Source: Tyzzerella sp. UBA1042
GTDB lineage: Bacteria; Bacillota; Clostridia; Lachnospirales; Anaerotignaceae
Assembly (NCBI GenBank): GCA_002316675.1
Contig: DCDZ01000028.1
Span: 3,002 to 67,001, forward strand
Reading direction: 5' to 3'
DNA length: 64,000 nt
The notes beneath the pieces were generated by a model. That model did not search any database. It was not told the origin of the DNA and saw only the letters and a program-made list of their open reading frames with translations. Shown one piece after another: positions 47,677-58,034 of this stretch; position 1 is the first letter of the stretch, and each line of letters begins with the position of its first letter. The position numbers were made by a program, and so were the translations under genes.

Positions 47677-48318
47677 GTATGATCGTGATATTCCTAAGCG
47701 CTCGGCGATTTCTTGCTGTGTCAAAATATCCTGATTGCACAATCCGTATCGAAGGATGATAACTGCCCGTTCTCTGGGTGTGAGGGTACTCTGGATTGCC
47801 GCCATCATCTTTTCCGATTTCATGGAAAAATCAATGGTTTCCACAAAATCCGGTGTGTCGCTGTTGATGATGTCCAGCATGACGATTTCGTTTCCGTCCC
47901 GGTCGGTACCGATGGGTTCGTGCAGTGAAATATCGTTCTGATATTTTTTACCGCTTCTGAGCCACATGAGCAATTCGTTTTGCACACATTTTGCGGCGTA
48001 GGAGACAAGGCGGACGTTTTTATCTGCGTTATACGAATCCACGGCCTTGATTAACCCGATGATGCCGATTGAGATGAGCTCCTCCGGTTCTTTTACGCTG
48101 CTTGAATATTTTTTTGCAATGTGCGCCACCAGCCGCAGATTATGAAGTATCAATTTATCTTTTGCTTCCTTTTTTTCGCTTTCGTTTCCTGACTGATATT
48201 GTTTTAAGTAGTAGGCTTCTTCTTCTTTGGATAATGGTTTTGGAAAAGCACCGGAAGAAGAAAAGCCAAATAAGAAAGGCAAAGCGGCGAAGAGAAGGAA
48301 CACACATACACCCCCCAA
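47677..48318 (-). CDS. sigK: sigK 5' segment: pro-sequence and regions 1.2 to 4.2, up to GISRSY
   Basis: ...FGFSSSGAFPKPLSKEEE matches the pro-sigma-K AFPxPLS processing region. HNLRLVAHIAKKY, DLISIGIIGLIKAVDSY, YAAKCVQNELLM and TQQEIAERLGISRSY follow. The track ORF then continues for 24 non-sigma codons (SPVILGRNL...) into the element. The start is TTG 48318 or an in-frame GTG 48303. Confidence 0.85.
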
Positions 48319-48510
48319 AAAAGTTTGAACCCATAATGAAATTGTGGTATAGAGCTATTGTATGAGGATTTTTATGTTATGTGCGTGTCTGAAATAAAGT
48401 TTTTTTGTCCTTTTTTTCGAGGACATGACGGGTGAAGGGAGAATTTGATGATGGATTTTGCAAGCGCGGGTCAAAAAATCATGTATAGTTATTTAGGAAG
48501 GAGGAGTTTT

Positions 48511-48861
48511 ATGGAGCTAAAATTCTTAAAACGCAACAAAACCTTGATTATCAAAATAGACGGAGAAATTGACCATCATACTTGTGAGACTTTGCGGGGA
48601 GAAACGGATCGAGCATTTGAAAAAATGGGAGGAAAAAATATTATTTTCCGCATGAGCGGCGTTTCTTTTATGGACAGCTCCGGCATTGGGGCAATCATCG
48701 GACGGTATAAAAATATCCAAAGGCTGGGGGGCAGAATTGCAGTTGCAGAGGCCAACGAAAGAGTGGAGCAGATTTTTCGGCTTTCTGCCATGCAATCCCT
48801 TATTCCATCATTCCCGAATATAGATTTGGCTTTGGAATATGTGGAAGGAGGAAAGGAATAA
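48511..48861 (+). CDS. spoIIAA: anti-sigma F factor antagonist SpoIIAA (STAS domain)
   Basis: MELKFLKRNKTLIIKIDGEIDHHT...VSFMDSSGIG has a phosphorylatable Ser in a DSSG context. AGGAAGGAGG RBS. Followed by spoIIAB and sigF. Confidence 0.85.
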   Translation: MELKFLKRNKTLIIKIDGEIDHHTCETLRGETDRAFEKMGGKNIIFRMSGVSFMDSSGIGAIIGRYKNIQRLGGRIAVAEANERVEQIFRLSAMQSLIPSFPNIDLALEYVEGGKE

Positions 48862-49289
48862 TGGAATATCAGAATGCGTTTCGTGTGTTTTTCGCCGCAA
48901 AATCTCAAAATGAAGGCTTCGCAAGAATTATGACAGCGGCATTTTTATCCCAATACGACCCCACGCTGTCTGAGTTGACGGATGTAAAAACGGCAGTTTC
49001 AGAGGCCGTTACAAATGCAATCATCCATGGGTATGAAGAAAAGACGGGGGAGGTTGAGCTTTTTTGTGGCTATCAAGACGGTAAAATTTACATAGAGGTT
49101 GCAGATCAGGGCATGGGCATTACAGACATCAGCCAGGCAAGGGAGCCTCTGTTTACATCAAAGCCTGAGCTGGAGCGCTCGGGCATGGGCTTTACCATCA
49201 TGGAAACCTTTATGGAGGCTGTGCGTGTAGAAAGCAGGCAAGGGGAAGGCACCAGAATTTTTATGGAGAAGACATTGACTACGGAATGA
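48861..49289 (+). CDS. spoIIAB: anti-sigma F factor SpoIIAB (serine kinase)
   Basis: GHKL-type motifs EAVTNAIIHGY, DQGMGI and GMGFTIME. Position is between spoIIAA and sigF. Confidence 0.9.
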   Translation: MEYQNAFRVFFAAKSQNEGFARIMTAAFLSQYDPTLSELTDVKTAVSEAVTNAIIHGYEEKTGEVELFCGYQDGKIYIEVADQGMGITDISQAREPLFTSKPELERSGMGFTIMETFMEAVRVESRQGEGTRIFMEKTLTTE

Positions 49290-49298
49290 GGGGATGCC

Positions 49299-50012
49299 AT
49301 GGATAGGACACGGGAACTCATTCAGCAGGCAAAAGAGGGAGATCGACAGGCAAAGGAAACCCTTTTGCAGGAAAATACAGGGTTGGTCTGGAGTGTTGCC
49401 AGACGGTTTCAAGGCCGTGGTGTGGATATGGAGGACCTATATCAAATAGGGGCAATCGGACTGTTAAAATGCATTGAAAAATTCGATTTCTCTTATGACG
49501 TAAAATTTTCAACCTATGCCGTTCCCATGATTATTGGGGAGATTCGTCGGTTCCTGAGAGATGATGGAACAATTAAAGTCAGCCGCAGCTTAAAGGAACT
49601 TGCCACAAAGGCAAAAAGGATGCAGGAAAAGCTTCAGCAGGAAACAAGCAGAGACGTAACCCTCCAGGAGCTTGCCGACGCCCTTTCCGTTGAGGTTGAA
49701 CAGCTCATTCCTGCATTGGAGGCAAAAACAGAGGTGGAGAGTTTGAATGCGCCTATTGCCCATGAAGAGGATTTGCAGGTGCAGGACAAGCTTGCGGCCA
49801 AGGAAGACGGGGAGCAGGTAATCAACCGAATTTGCCTAATGGAAGCCTTGGATAGCCTTGAGGTGAAAGAGCGTCAGATTATTGTCCTTCGTTATTTTGA
49901 GGACCGCACACAAACGGAGGTTGCGAAGCGAATGGGTATTTCGCAGGTTCAGGTTTCAAGAATTGAAAAAAAGGTTTTAGAGCGGATGCGGAAACGGCTG
50001 TCTAATGAATAA
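49299..50012 (+). CDS. sigF: sporulation sigma factor SigF
   Basis: Sigma-70 regions 2-4 (NTGLVWSVARRF, DLYQIGAIGLLKCIEKFD, TQTEVAKRMGISQVQVSRIEKKVL). It is the third gene of a spoIIA-type operon. Confidence 0.9.
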   Translation: MDRTRELIQQAKEGDRQAKETLLQENTGLVWSVARRFQGRGVDMEDLYQIGAIGLLKCIEKFDFSYDVKFSTYAVPMIIGEIRRFLRDDGTIKVSRSLKELATKAKRMQEKLQQETSRDVTLQELADALSVEVEQLIPALEAKTEVESLNAPIAHEEDLQVQDKLAAKEDGEQVINRICLMEALDSLEVKERQIIVLRYFEDRTQTEVAKRMGISQVQVSRIEKKVLERMRKRLSNE

Positions 50013-50130
50013 CTTTTAAAATTTATTTTAAACGCAGTAGTAAAAATTGCATGAAGATGCAAAGAGAAGCATGGGAATCCTGTTAAAAATCAGCCAATTG
50101 TGGTAATAATAAATTTGTTAGAGAAAAAAA

Positions 50131-50166
50131 CTCATGATTCGCATACTATGCTATCATGAGTTTTTT
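50131..50166. terminator. bidirectional terminator between sigF and a convergent gene
   Basis: ctcatgat (50131-50138) pairs with atcatgag (50153-50160), with an A-run before and a T6 run after. Confidence 0.6.
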
Positions 50167-50174
50167 GAATAGGC

Positions 50175-50537
50175 TTATATTTTTCGCCCGCACTTGGGAC
50201 AATAGGCGTATTCAGGAGATACTAAAAACCCACATTCAGGGCAATGGGAAGAGTCTGCACTGCCCAGTATCTCTAAGTCTTCTTCCCGCAAGGTGATGGG
50301 CTCTCTCCGTTCAATGGCCTTGCCCACCTCGTCGGGAATGGCAAATGTAGTTTGACAGCAGCTGGAAACAGCATAATATTTTTTGCCCCATTTGAATAAT
50401 GGAATAAAGAAAAAGCTAAAATAGGTGTAAACCATAAATACGGAGACACTGCCATAGCGTCCGCATTTTTTGCAAATCAGTGTTTGTAAAAAGCCTAAAT
50501 CCTTTTGCCCCTGCCCGATACCGCCGATAAAAATCAT
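50175..50537 (-). CDS. zinc-ribbon domain membrane protein
   Basis: 120 aa with CKKCG, a hydrophobic segment and C-terminal CPECG...CPKCG. Confidence 0.6.
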   Translation of the reverse strand: MIFIGGIGQGQKDLGFLQTLICKKCGRYGSVSVFMVYTYFSFFFIPLFKWGKKYYAVSSCCQTTFAIPDEVGKAIERREPITLREEDLEILGSADSSHCPECGFLVSPEYAYCPKCGRKI

Positions 50538-50912
50538 AAAAAGAGCACATCCTTTGCAAAATTTGATAAATATGTTTTACTTCTTATGGGTAACATGATA
50601 AAATATTTCCATATAATTTGCAAGTATTTCCGAAAGGAGGTAATTTTGGTGAAGGTATCCCGTTTAGTCATCAGTGCGGTTTCTCTTGCGGTATCTGCTG
50701 CGCTTTTAACATTATCAATCATTGATATGCTGTGTTCAGAAGAATATTAATTCGTATTTTTTTTGCACAGCGGGGCATGATGAAATGGAGTTATTTGTGT
50801 CAAAAAGAAATTAGGGGGATTTTGACAGTTTTTCTTCTTTCGGCCCCAAAATTGTGATATACTGGTAAAAGATAATTGCTCTGCCGAAATAGCAATTATC
50901 TATTACAATTGA

Positions 50913-51932
<1,020 letters not shown>

Positions 51933-51972
51933 CCGTTTTTTTCATACTGAAAAGTGTAGTGTGATAAAAGTG

Positions 51973-52008
51973 CCCCTTCTGTTTTTAAGAAAGAAGGGGT
52001 ATTTTTTT
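51973..52008 (+). terminator. rho-independent terminator after gap paralog 1
   Basis: ccccttct (51973-51980) pairs with agaagggg (51992-51999), followed by a T7 run. Confidence 0.6.
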
Positions 52009-52177
52009 GAGTTTTAAAGATGAGCGGCTTCCCTAACTGCGAAAATGAATCCGCTATTTTATTTGCAAAGCGAGGATGGAAAATCCTTTGGCGCAGAAGA
52101 AAATCAATGAAAAAACGTAGGATTTTCCTGTTTTATGGCTGTTGGTGAAAATGCTTTCAAAGGGAAAATATAATATA

Positions 52178-52237
52178 GGACAAAAAACGTCCCGCAAATT
52201 TATGCAATAATTAAGAATAGGACGAAAAACGTCCCAC
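52178..52237. promoter_or_regulatory. two GGAC-N7-GTCC repeats, candidate CggR/SorC-type operator
   Basis: ggacaaaaaacgtcccgc (52178-52195) and ggacgaaaaacgtcccac (52220-52237) are 42 bp apart. On the opposite strand they read GCGGGACGTTTTTTGTCC and GTGGGACGTTTTTCGTCC. Confidence 0.35.
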
Positions 52238-52396
52238 GGAAGTATCAAGAATTCATAAACTTAAAAACACAAAGAGTTGAGAATCTGGTTAGAGTTCTGA
52301 ATTTTACTTTTTTGTCCAATTCCGAATTTTTTTGGGCGTAAGTATGCTACAATATTCTTTGCAGGATAGTTTTCAAACGATGAGAGGGGATACACT

Positions 52397-53416
52397 ATGG
52401 CAATAAAAGTTGGTATCAATGGTTTTGGTCGTATCGGCAGAGTGGTTTTCAGAGTTTTAATGAACCGTCAGGATGAATTTGAGCTTTGTGGCATTAATCT
52501 AAGAAATGCCGAATTAGACTATATGGTTTATCAGTTAAAATACGATAGTGTTTTTGGGCGTTTCAATGGCGAAATTGAGGTTGGCGAAAATTGTATTATT
52601 GCCAATGGCAAAAAAATTCGTGTTTTTAGTGAAAGCGATGCAGGCTTAATTCAATGGGCAGAATGCGGTGCTGAATATATCATTGAATCTACAGGTGCCT
52701 TTAATACTGTTTTAAAGGCTGGATTACATAAAATTGGCGGTGCAAAAAAAGTCATTCTCACCGCACCCTCCAAGGATGATGTGATGCCCACGTTTGTTAT
52801 GGGTGTAAATCATATGGAATATAAAAAAGAGCAAGATATTGTATCCAATGCATCTTGTACAACAAATTGTCTGGCACCCCTGGTGAAGGTTGTGCATGAT
52901 AACTTTGGAATTGTGCAGGGCTTAATGTCTACCATTCATTCCGCAACGGCAAAGCAGAAGGCTGTGGATGCCAGAGCAGGGAGAGACTGGAGGACAGGAC
53001 GCTCGGTGTTTAATAACATTATTCCCTCTACAACAGGGGCTGCAAAGGCTGTTGGCCGGGTTATTCCCGAATTGCAGGGGAAAATGACGGGGATGTCCTT
53101 CCGCGTGCCCACAAATGATGTTTCTGTTGTAGATTTAACAGTACGCTTAAAAAATCCTACCACTTATGAAAAAATATGTGAAAAGGTGAAAGAGGCTTCC
53201 GAAACCTCTATGAAGGGCATTATCAGCTATATGAACGATGATATTGTATCCTCTGACCTTTTGGGAGACCCCAATACCTGTATTTTTGATGAAAAGGCAG
53301 GAATTATATTAGACGACAACTTTGTAAAATTAATTGCTTGGTATGACAATGAGTGGGGCTATAGCAATAAGGTTGTTGACTTAATTGCACATATGTATCA
53401 GGTAGATAATGCATAA
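52397..53416 (+). CDS. type I glyceraldehyde-3-phosphate dehydrogenase (paralog 2)
   Basis: [27 protein letters not shown] and WYDNEWGYS. It is clearly diverged from paralog 1. Confidence 0.9.
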   Translation: MAIKVGINGFGRIGRVVFRVLMNRQDEFELCGINLRNAELDYMVYQLKYDSVFGRFNGEIEVGENCIIANGKKIRVFSESDAGLIQWAECGAEYIIESTGAFNTVLKAGLHKIGGAKKVILTAPSKDDVMPTFVMGVNHMEYKKEQDIVSNASCTTNCLAPLVKVVHDNFGIVQGLMSTIHSATAKQKAVDARAGRDWRTGRSVFNNIIPSTTGAAKAVGRVIPELQGKMTGMSFRVPTNDVSVVDLTVRLKNPTTYEKICEKVKEASETSMKGIISYMNDDIVSSDLLGDPNTCIFDEKAGIILDDNFVKLIAWYDNEWGYSNKVVDLIAHMYQVDNA

Positions 53417-53583
53417 GCAAAGGGTTTCCTGAGTATTTGTAAACTATTTGTTTAAGATATTAAACCTCTGTTATGACAATCATTCGTTTAGTATGATAAG
53501 CATGGTATATGACTAAAAATCTAGTATGACAATGAAAACTCCTTTCTTTTACTTGAAATAAATAAGAGAAAGGAATTTTTTTG

Positions 53584-54488
53584 ATGAAGATAAGAACTAT
53601 TGCAGATGAATATTTATTTGAATGCGAATACAAAAAATTCGCTCCAAGAACACTAAGAATTTATAGGCAGCATATTAATTTTTTACTTGATTTCTTAGAG
53701 CAAAAAGGAATTACAGAAATTGAAGATGTAAAACCCCTACACTTAAAACAATACCTAATGGCAAAACAGAAAGCAAAAAATAAACCAAATTATATTAACG
53801 GCATTTTAAGTACCTATAAGACTATGTTCCGCTATTTTTATAATGAAGGATATACAGATAAAATATTAACGCAAGATGTAGGAAATGTAAGAAAAGAAAA
53901 AGTTATTATTAGAACTTTTACCAAAGAGAACATAAAAAAATGCTTGAATACTATAATGACAGGACTTTTTTAGATGTTAGAAATAAAACTATCATTGCAA
54001 TGTTTTTTGATACTGGAATAAGGTTATCTGAATTAATAAATTTAAAAGAGGATGATATTAAAGAGGATTATTTACTTATCAAATGTGGTAAGGGTAGCAA
54101 AGATAGAGTTGTTCCTAAAAGCCCATTTCTTGCAAAGCATATCTTTAAATATCAAGTAATTAGGGAAGAGCGTTTTGTGGACAGAAATTTAATTGATAAA
54201 AATTTTTTTCTGAGTAAGAATTGTCGCACACTTTCCCGAGAAATGGTTGAAAGAATTGTAAAAGATGCAGGAGAATTTGCAAATGTATCAAAAGATATAA
54301 GAATCTCCCCTCATACTTGCAGACATACTTTTGCCCATATGCAGCTTATGAATGGATTGGATATATATTCCCTTAGTAGATTAATGGGACATGAAAATGT
54401 TTCAATCACACAAATATATCTGAATGGCATTAAAGACGATGATGTTATTTGTCAGAGTAAGAAAACAAGTGTACTGATGAATTTATAA
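53584..54488 (+). pseudogene. tyrosine recombinase (phage integrase family) split by a 1-nt frameshift in an A7 run
   Basis: ORF 53581-53973 has the N-terminal SAM-like domain. ORF 53940-54488 has the catalytic domain (GIRLSEL..., SPHTCRHTFA, LMGHENVSITQIY). The frames join if A7 at 53934-53940 is read as A8, giving ...TKENIKKMLEYYND. Confidence 0.8.
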
Positions 54489-54633
54489 GTGGTAAATACC
54501 ATACCCCTTTTAAGCTTAAATTTAGCTTTCTAAGGGGTTATTTTTTTAGCCAATGAATTAGTCAAGTTATCTAATAAAGTGTCTGTAATCTTTGTAGATT
54601 GCAAATATCCCCTTATAAATGGTATGTGGTGTT

Positions 54634-54879
54634 TTACCACCCACCTTTTGCACCTGCTACCATAGCAATTTCTTTAGCCGTAGAAACTTTGATATTATAA
54701 ATATGTTCTTTGACGTTTTTACGAATCCCTTTGAAGTGAAACGTTAAAATGTAATCATATCCTTCTTCTAAATCCATATCTTCAATTTGCTGTTTAATCC
54801 AATCAGTATATTGTTTTGCAACACCTAACTGTTCCCAAAGTAATCTACCGTCTACCCAATTCTCATTGTCATCTTGCAA
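54634..54879 (-). CDS. phage antirepressor-like C-terminal fragment
   Basis: VDGRLLWEQLGVAKQYTDWIKQQIEDMDLEEGYDY resembles the AntA/KilAC-type pattern (ELHxxL...F.DWIK..I....F.EG.D). The gene is short and probably truncated at its 5' end. Confidence 0.45.
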   Translation of the reverse strand: MQDDNENWVDGRLLWEQLGVAKQYTDWIKQQIEDMDLEEGYDYILTFHFKGIRKNVKEHIYNIKVSTAKEIAMVAGAKGGW

Positions 54880-55564
54880 TACTGGTAATTTCTTTTATCG
54901 GCAAAACCGATATCTAAACTTGTTTTCTAAAGTGCATATCTGGAACAATTCAAAAAGGTAACACTAATTAAACCTCTATATATAACTCTTACTTATATAG
55001 ACATTTAAAAGGTGTTACCTTTTTTAACTCCACCCGTGAAAAAACAACTGAACAGAAAGCCAGAGAAGCTAAAGCTTTGAAGGAAGTTGAGAGTGTTTTA
55101 GCTAATAAACGACAGTCTTTATTAAATGGGAAGAATGTGCTTACGCCAGTTTCGGCGGAAGCTACAATCATCCAAACTAAAGGCGAATCACGTAATATTG
55201 TAGCCAAAAAGGTGGGTTTGAAATCTGGACATGAAGTGGACAGGTCTATTAAAGCTATTAATACTATTGATTCCCTTTACCTATATCCTTAGGAAAAATG
55301 CACGTTTTTCACCTCTATTTTCAACGATAATACTTTTCTTGAGCAATTCTTCACCTAAGATATTACAATCAATTCTAAAGTGCATATCATGCATTTTAAG
55401 CCTAGGTATATGAGCATTAAATTGTCGTCGTTCTGAACGACCACCTTTAAATTTACCCCTTCAAAAGGGAAAACCACAATACTTGGCGGTAGACGTGGAA
55501 GATAAGCTGACAAGGCGTTTTACCGACTCAGGTCTACCCTAAAACAAAGTAAACCTCTTGCAAA

Positions 55565-55858
55565 CTATTTTATCATTTTCAATCTGGTAATTTCCTCTGT
55601 GTTATGAAGGATTGCATTTTTCAATAGCCTAATATCTAAACTAATATTATTTACATCTTCCGAAATAGAATCTATCTTTTCAATTTTATTACTATTCTGC
55701 ATATATCCTTCTACCAATAATTGGATATTCTTATTCGTTTGATTCTCTAAAGTTGCTTCAATTTTGATAACCTTCTGTTTTACTTCTGATATTTCCTGCT
55801 TCAAGTCCATATACATATCTTTCATTGCTGATAATAATTCTTTATTTTCGTCTGTCAT
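55565..55858 (-). CDS. coiled-coil hypothetical protein
   Basis: 97-aa ORF with an AGGAGGG RBS, heptad-like and Lys/Glu rich. Confidence 0.5.
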   Translation of the reverse strand: MTDENKELLSAMKDMYMDLKQEISEVKQKVIKIEATLENQTNKNIQLLVEGYMQNSNKIEKIDSISEDVNNISLDIRLLKNAILHNTEEITRLKMIK

Positions 55859-56288
55859 GGTAAAGCCCTCCTTTTTAGGTAACCATAAAATTATGGTGAG
55901 TACGCTAATAGTATTTTAGTATAGTTGGGGAGCATATTCAATAGCAAAGTTGTTTTTAGTTTAACTAAAGGATATCCTAAAACAGGGTATAGGGTATGCC
56001 AAGAACCGAGTACCCCAAAACGGGGGTGTCGGTGTGGACGGGCACGTTGAAACAACCAAATGGTAGTCTCCGATTCAACAGGTGCAAGATTGGATTGGTT
56101 GAATTGTTACCCTAAGCAGGGGTATCACTAAGCACGAAGCTGTGCATCAGACGCACAACAACGTGGTGAGTAGGTTTGTATTTGCCCATATAAAAACCTT
56201 CCATCTCTATGTAATATGGTAAATAATTCATATTAAATCATTATATACCATAAATTAACAAAATATAAGATAGAAAATGTGTTCTAGT

Positions 56289-56501
56289 CTATTCCACTTC
56301 ATCCGGCACATATTCAAGTATATCTCCCGGTTGACAGTCTAGCAGCCTGCAAAGTGTATCAATAGTTTTGGTATCCATACCTTTAGTACCATCTTTCAAG
56401 CCGTAATAAGTTGCCTGTCCCATTATTTTTTCTTCTTTAATCCTACTTATTTTATATCCCTTTGCATCTAACAAAGCAAATAGTTTGTCATATTTAAGCA
56501 T
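56289..56501 (-). CDS. XRE-family helix-turn-helix regulator (Cro/CI-type)
   Basis: 70 aa with ...ISRIKEEKIMGQATYYGLKDG...TIDTLCRLLDCQPGDILEY, typical of short XRE repressors. It is divergent from an operator-rich region. Confidence 0.75.
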   Translation of the reverse strand: MLKYDKLFALLDAKGYKISRIKEEKIMGQATYYGLKDGTKGMDTKTIDTLCRLLDCQPGDILEYVPDEVE

Positions 56502-56528
56502 AATTTACACACTCCTTTTTACAATTAT

Positions 56529-56629
56529 ATTCCCTAAATTAAGTGAAATATTACACAAAAAATAGCAATATAAATTCCCTAAATTAAGTGATTAAGTCAA
56601 TAGTAATTCACTTAATTAAGTGATATAAT
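56529..56629. promoter_or_regulatory. operator repeats and a -10 box of the prophage switch region
   Basis: attccctaaattaagtga occurs twice (56529-56546 and 56574-56591). A 16-bp perfect palindrome tcacttaattaagtga (56608-56623) abuts TATAAT (56624-56629). Confidence 0.45.
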
Positions 56630-56886
56630 AAACTCATAAGTAAAGCAACACACACTTAGTATTAAAGCATATCACATTCGACTTTAAATTGTCAAATGCA
56701 TCAAAGTGGTAACAAAGTTTCAACCAAAACAGAATATTAAATCAACCAACTATCACTCTTTAGTCTTATTCAGTAGTAGGTGTCAAAGTATTTTGGCAAT
56801 AAGAAAAGACAAGTATTTTAGCTGTCGTGTTTCACGACATCACAAAAATATCCCATTCAAATGTAAACACATAAGGAGGTTATACC

Positions 56887-57090
56887 ATGAATCAAAACAT
56901 AGCACCCAACCAAGAACCAACCACACCAACCTATGAGGATTTATTGGACATTATTGAAGCCCAAAATTTCCTCATTACAGAATTGCAGATTGATAACATT
57001 AAGCTGCGTAAGGAGCGAGAGAAATTACTATCAGCACCACCAGTAATTGAAAATGGTGTAGTAGTCAAATTAGGAAGGAGTTTTTATTGA
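56887..57090 (+). CDS. hypothetical phage protein
   Basis: 67-aa ORF with an AAGGAGG RBS. It is the first gene rightward of the switch region. Confidence 0.45.
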   Translation: MNQNIAPNQEPTTPTYEDLLDIIEAQNFLITELQIDNIKLRKEREKLLSAPPVIENGVVVKLGRSFY

Positions 57091-57425
57091 TGCTTAATAG
57101 AAAGTACAAAATACCCGCCAAAGCTTGGTCGCCAAGTCGGGAAACCTCCCATAAACACATGTAAGATGAATGTTGCAAGAAGTAAATAGGGGTGGACGTT
57201 TCGGCTACCCCTTTACATGCTGATGGGAACAATGTTCCTATGTGATAAGAATATTTGTTCGTAAAACCTATATTTAATATACTGGCAGCCTAGCCACTCA
57301 CCATAGGATGAATGATATGTATTAATTTCTCTAGTAAAGTCATTATAGCATATCAATTCATCATATGGAAGATTAAAACGATAAAAATTTGAAACCTTAA
57401 AACTGCAATTTCAAACGGGGGTACA

Positions 57426-58034
57426 ATGGAAATACAAGAAACTTGGAAACCAATAAAAAACGTAGAATTGCTGGAAGGATTTTCAGCAAGTAATAAAGGT
57501 AAAATCAGATGTGATAAAGGTTACAAAAAGAAAGGTGCAAAAAGATATACATTTATTATAGAACAGCATCTTGAAAAATCATCATGTAAAAATGACACTT
57601 ATATTCTTTTTAAACGTAAAAAATTTTGGGTGAAAAGTTTAGTTGCCAATGCTTTTGGGTTGGCAGGAACAAAAGAAAAATATATTCTGAAACAGATAGA
57701 TATGAACCCATGGAACAATTCATTAGATAATTTAATCTTTGTTGATACTTGTACCAATATTGCGATTATAAGGATAAATCCTTCTAATATAGATTTGAAT
57801 GATACAAAGTTGAAGGAGGAAATAGAGGAAGTAAAACATGAATTACATGAATTTTTGGGTTATAGAAAAAGAAGAGCAAAGGATACAGATGTAAGATATA
57901 AATTTCAGCCAAAGCATCCTCTAACAAGTAATTTTAAGTATGTTTTACTAGGGAATTTCTTTAATAATTATGATGATTGTGATTCATGGGACGGCGATGA
58001 TGAAATGATGAATCCATATAATGGGGATTTCTAA
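57426..58034 (+). CDS. NUMOD4-motif protein (homing-endonuclease-like N-terminus)
   Basis: MEIQETWKPIKNVELLEGFSASNKGKI matches the E-x-WKPI NUMOD4 pattern of phage HNH-type endonucleases. I did not see a clear HNH catalytic motif. Confidence 0.5.
   Translation: MEIQETWKPIKNVELLEGFSASNKGKIRCDKGYKKKGAKRYTFIIEQHLEKSSCKNDTYILFKRKKFWVKSLVANAFGLAGTKEKYILKQIDMNPWNNSLDNLIFVDTCTNIAIIRINPSNIDLNDTKLKEEIEEVKHELHEFLGYRKRRAKDTDVRYKFQPKHPLTSNFKYVLLGNFFNNYDDCDSWDGDDEMMNPYNGDF

Larger units (their letters stand above)
13122..47679. mobile_element. sigK intervening (skin-like) element, about 34,555 bp, with a serine-recombinase module
   Basis: It is bounded by the two sigK segments. GTA is shared at both junctions (13122-13124 and 47677-47679). 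The element ends are inverted repeats (ctctcctg... / ...caggagag). Three large serine recombinases abut the right end. Confidence 0.8.

Noticed and set aside
50841-50882. TTGACA followed by TATACT upstream of gap, considered as a promoter.
   Set aside because: The hexamers are about 30 nt apart, far from the 16-19 nt needed, so no promoter was called.
55930-56210. A group II intron or retron ncRNA. The minus strand contains GTGCG and many hairpins.
   Set aside because: I saw no domain V-like sequence and no reverse transcriptase or maturase ORF nearby. The adjacent 97-aa ORF is a coiled-coil protein. The region is kept only as an unclassified candidate structured region.
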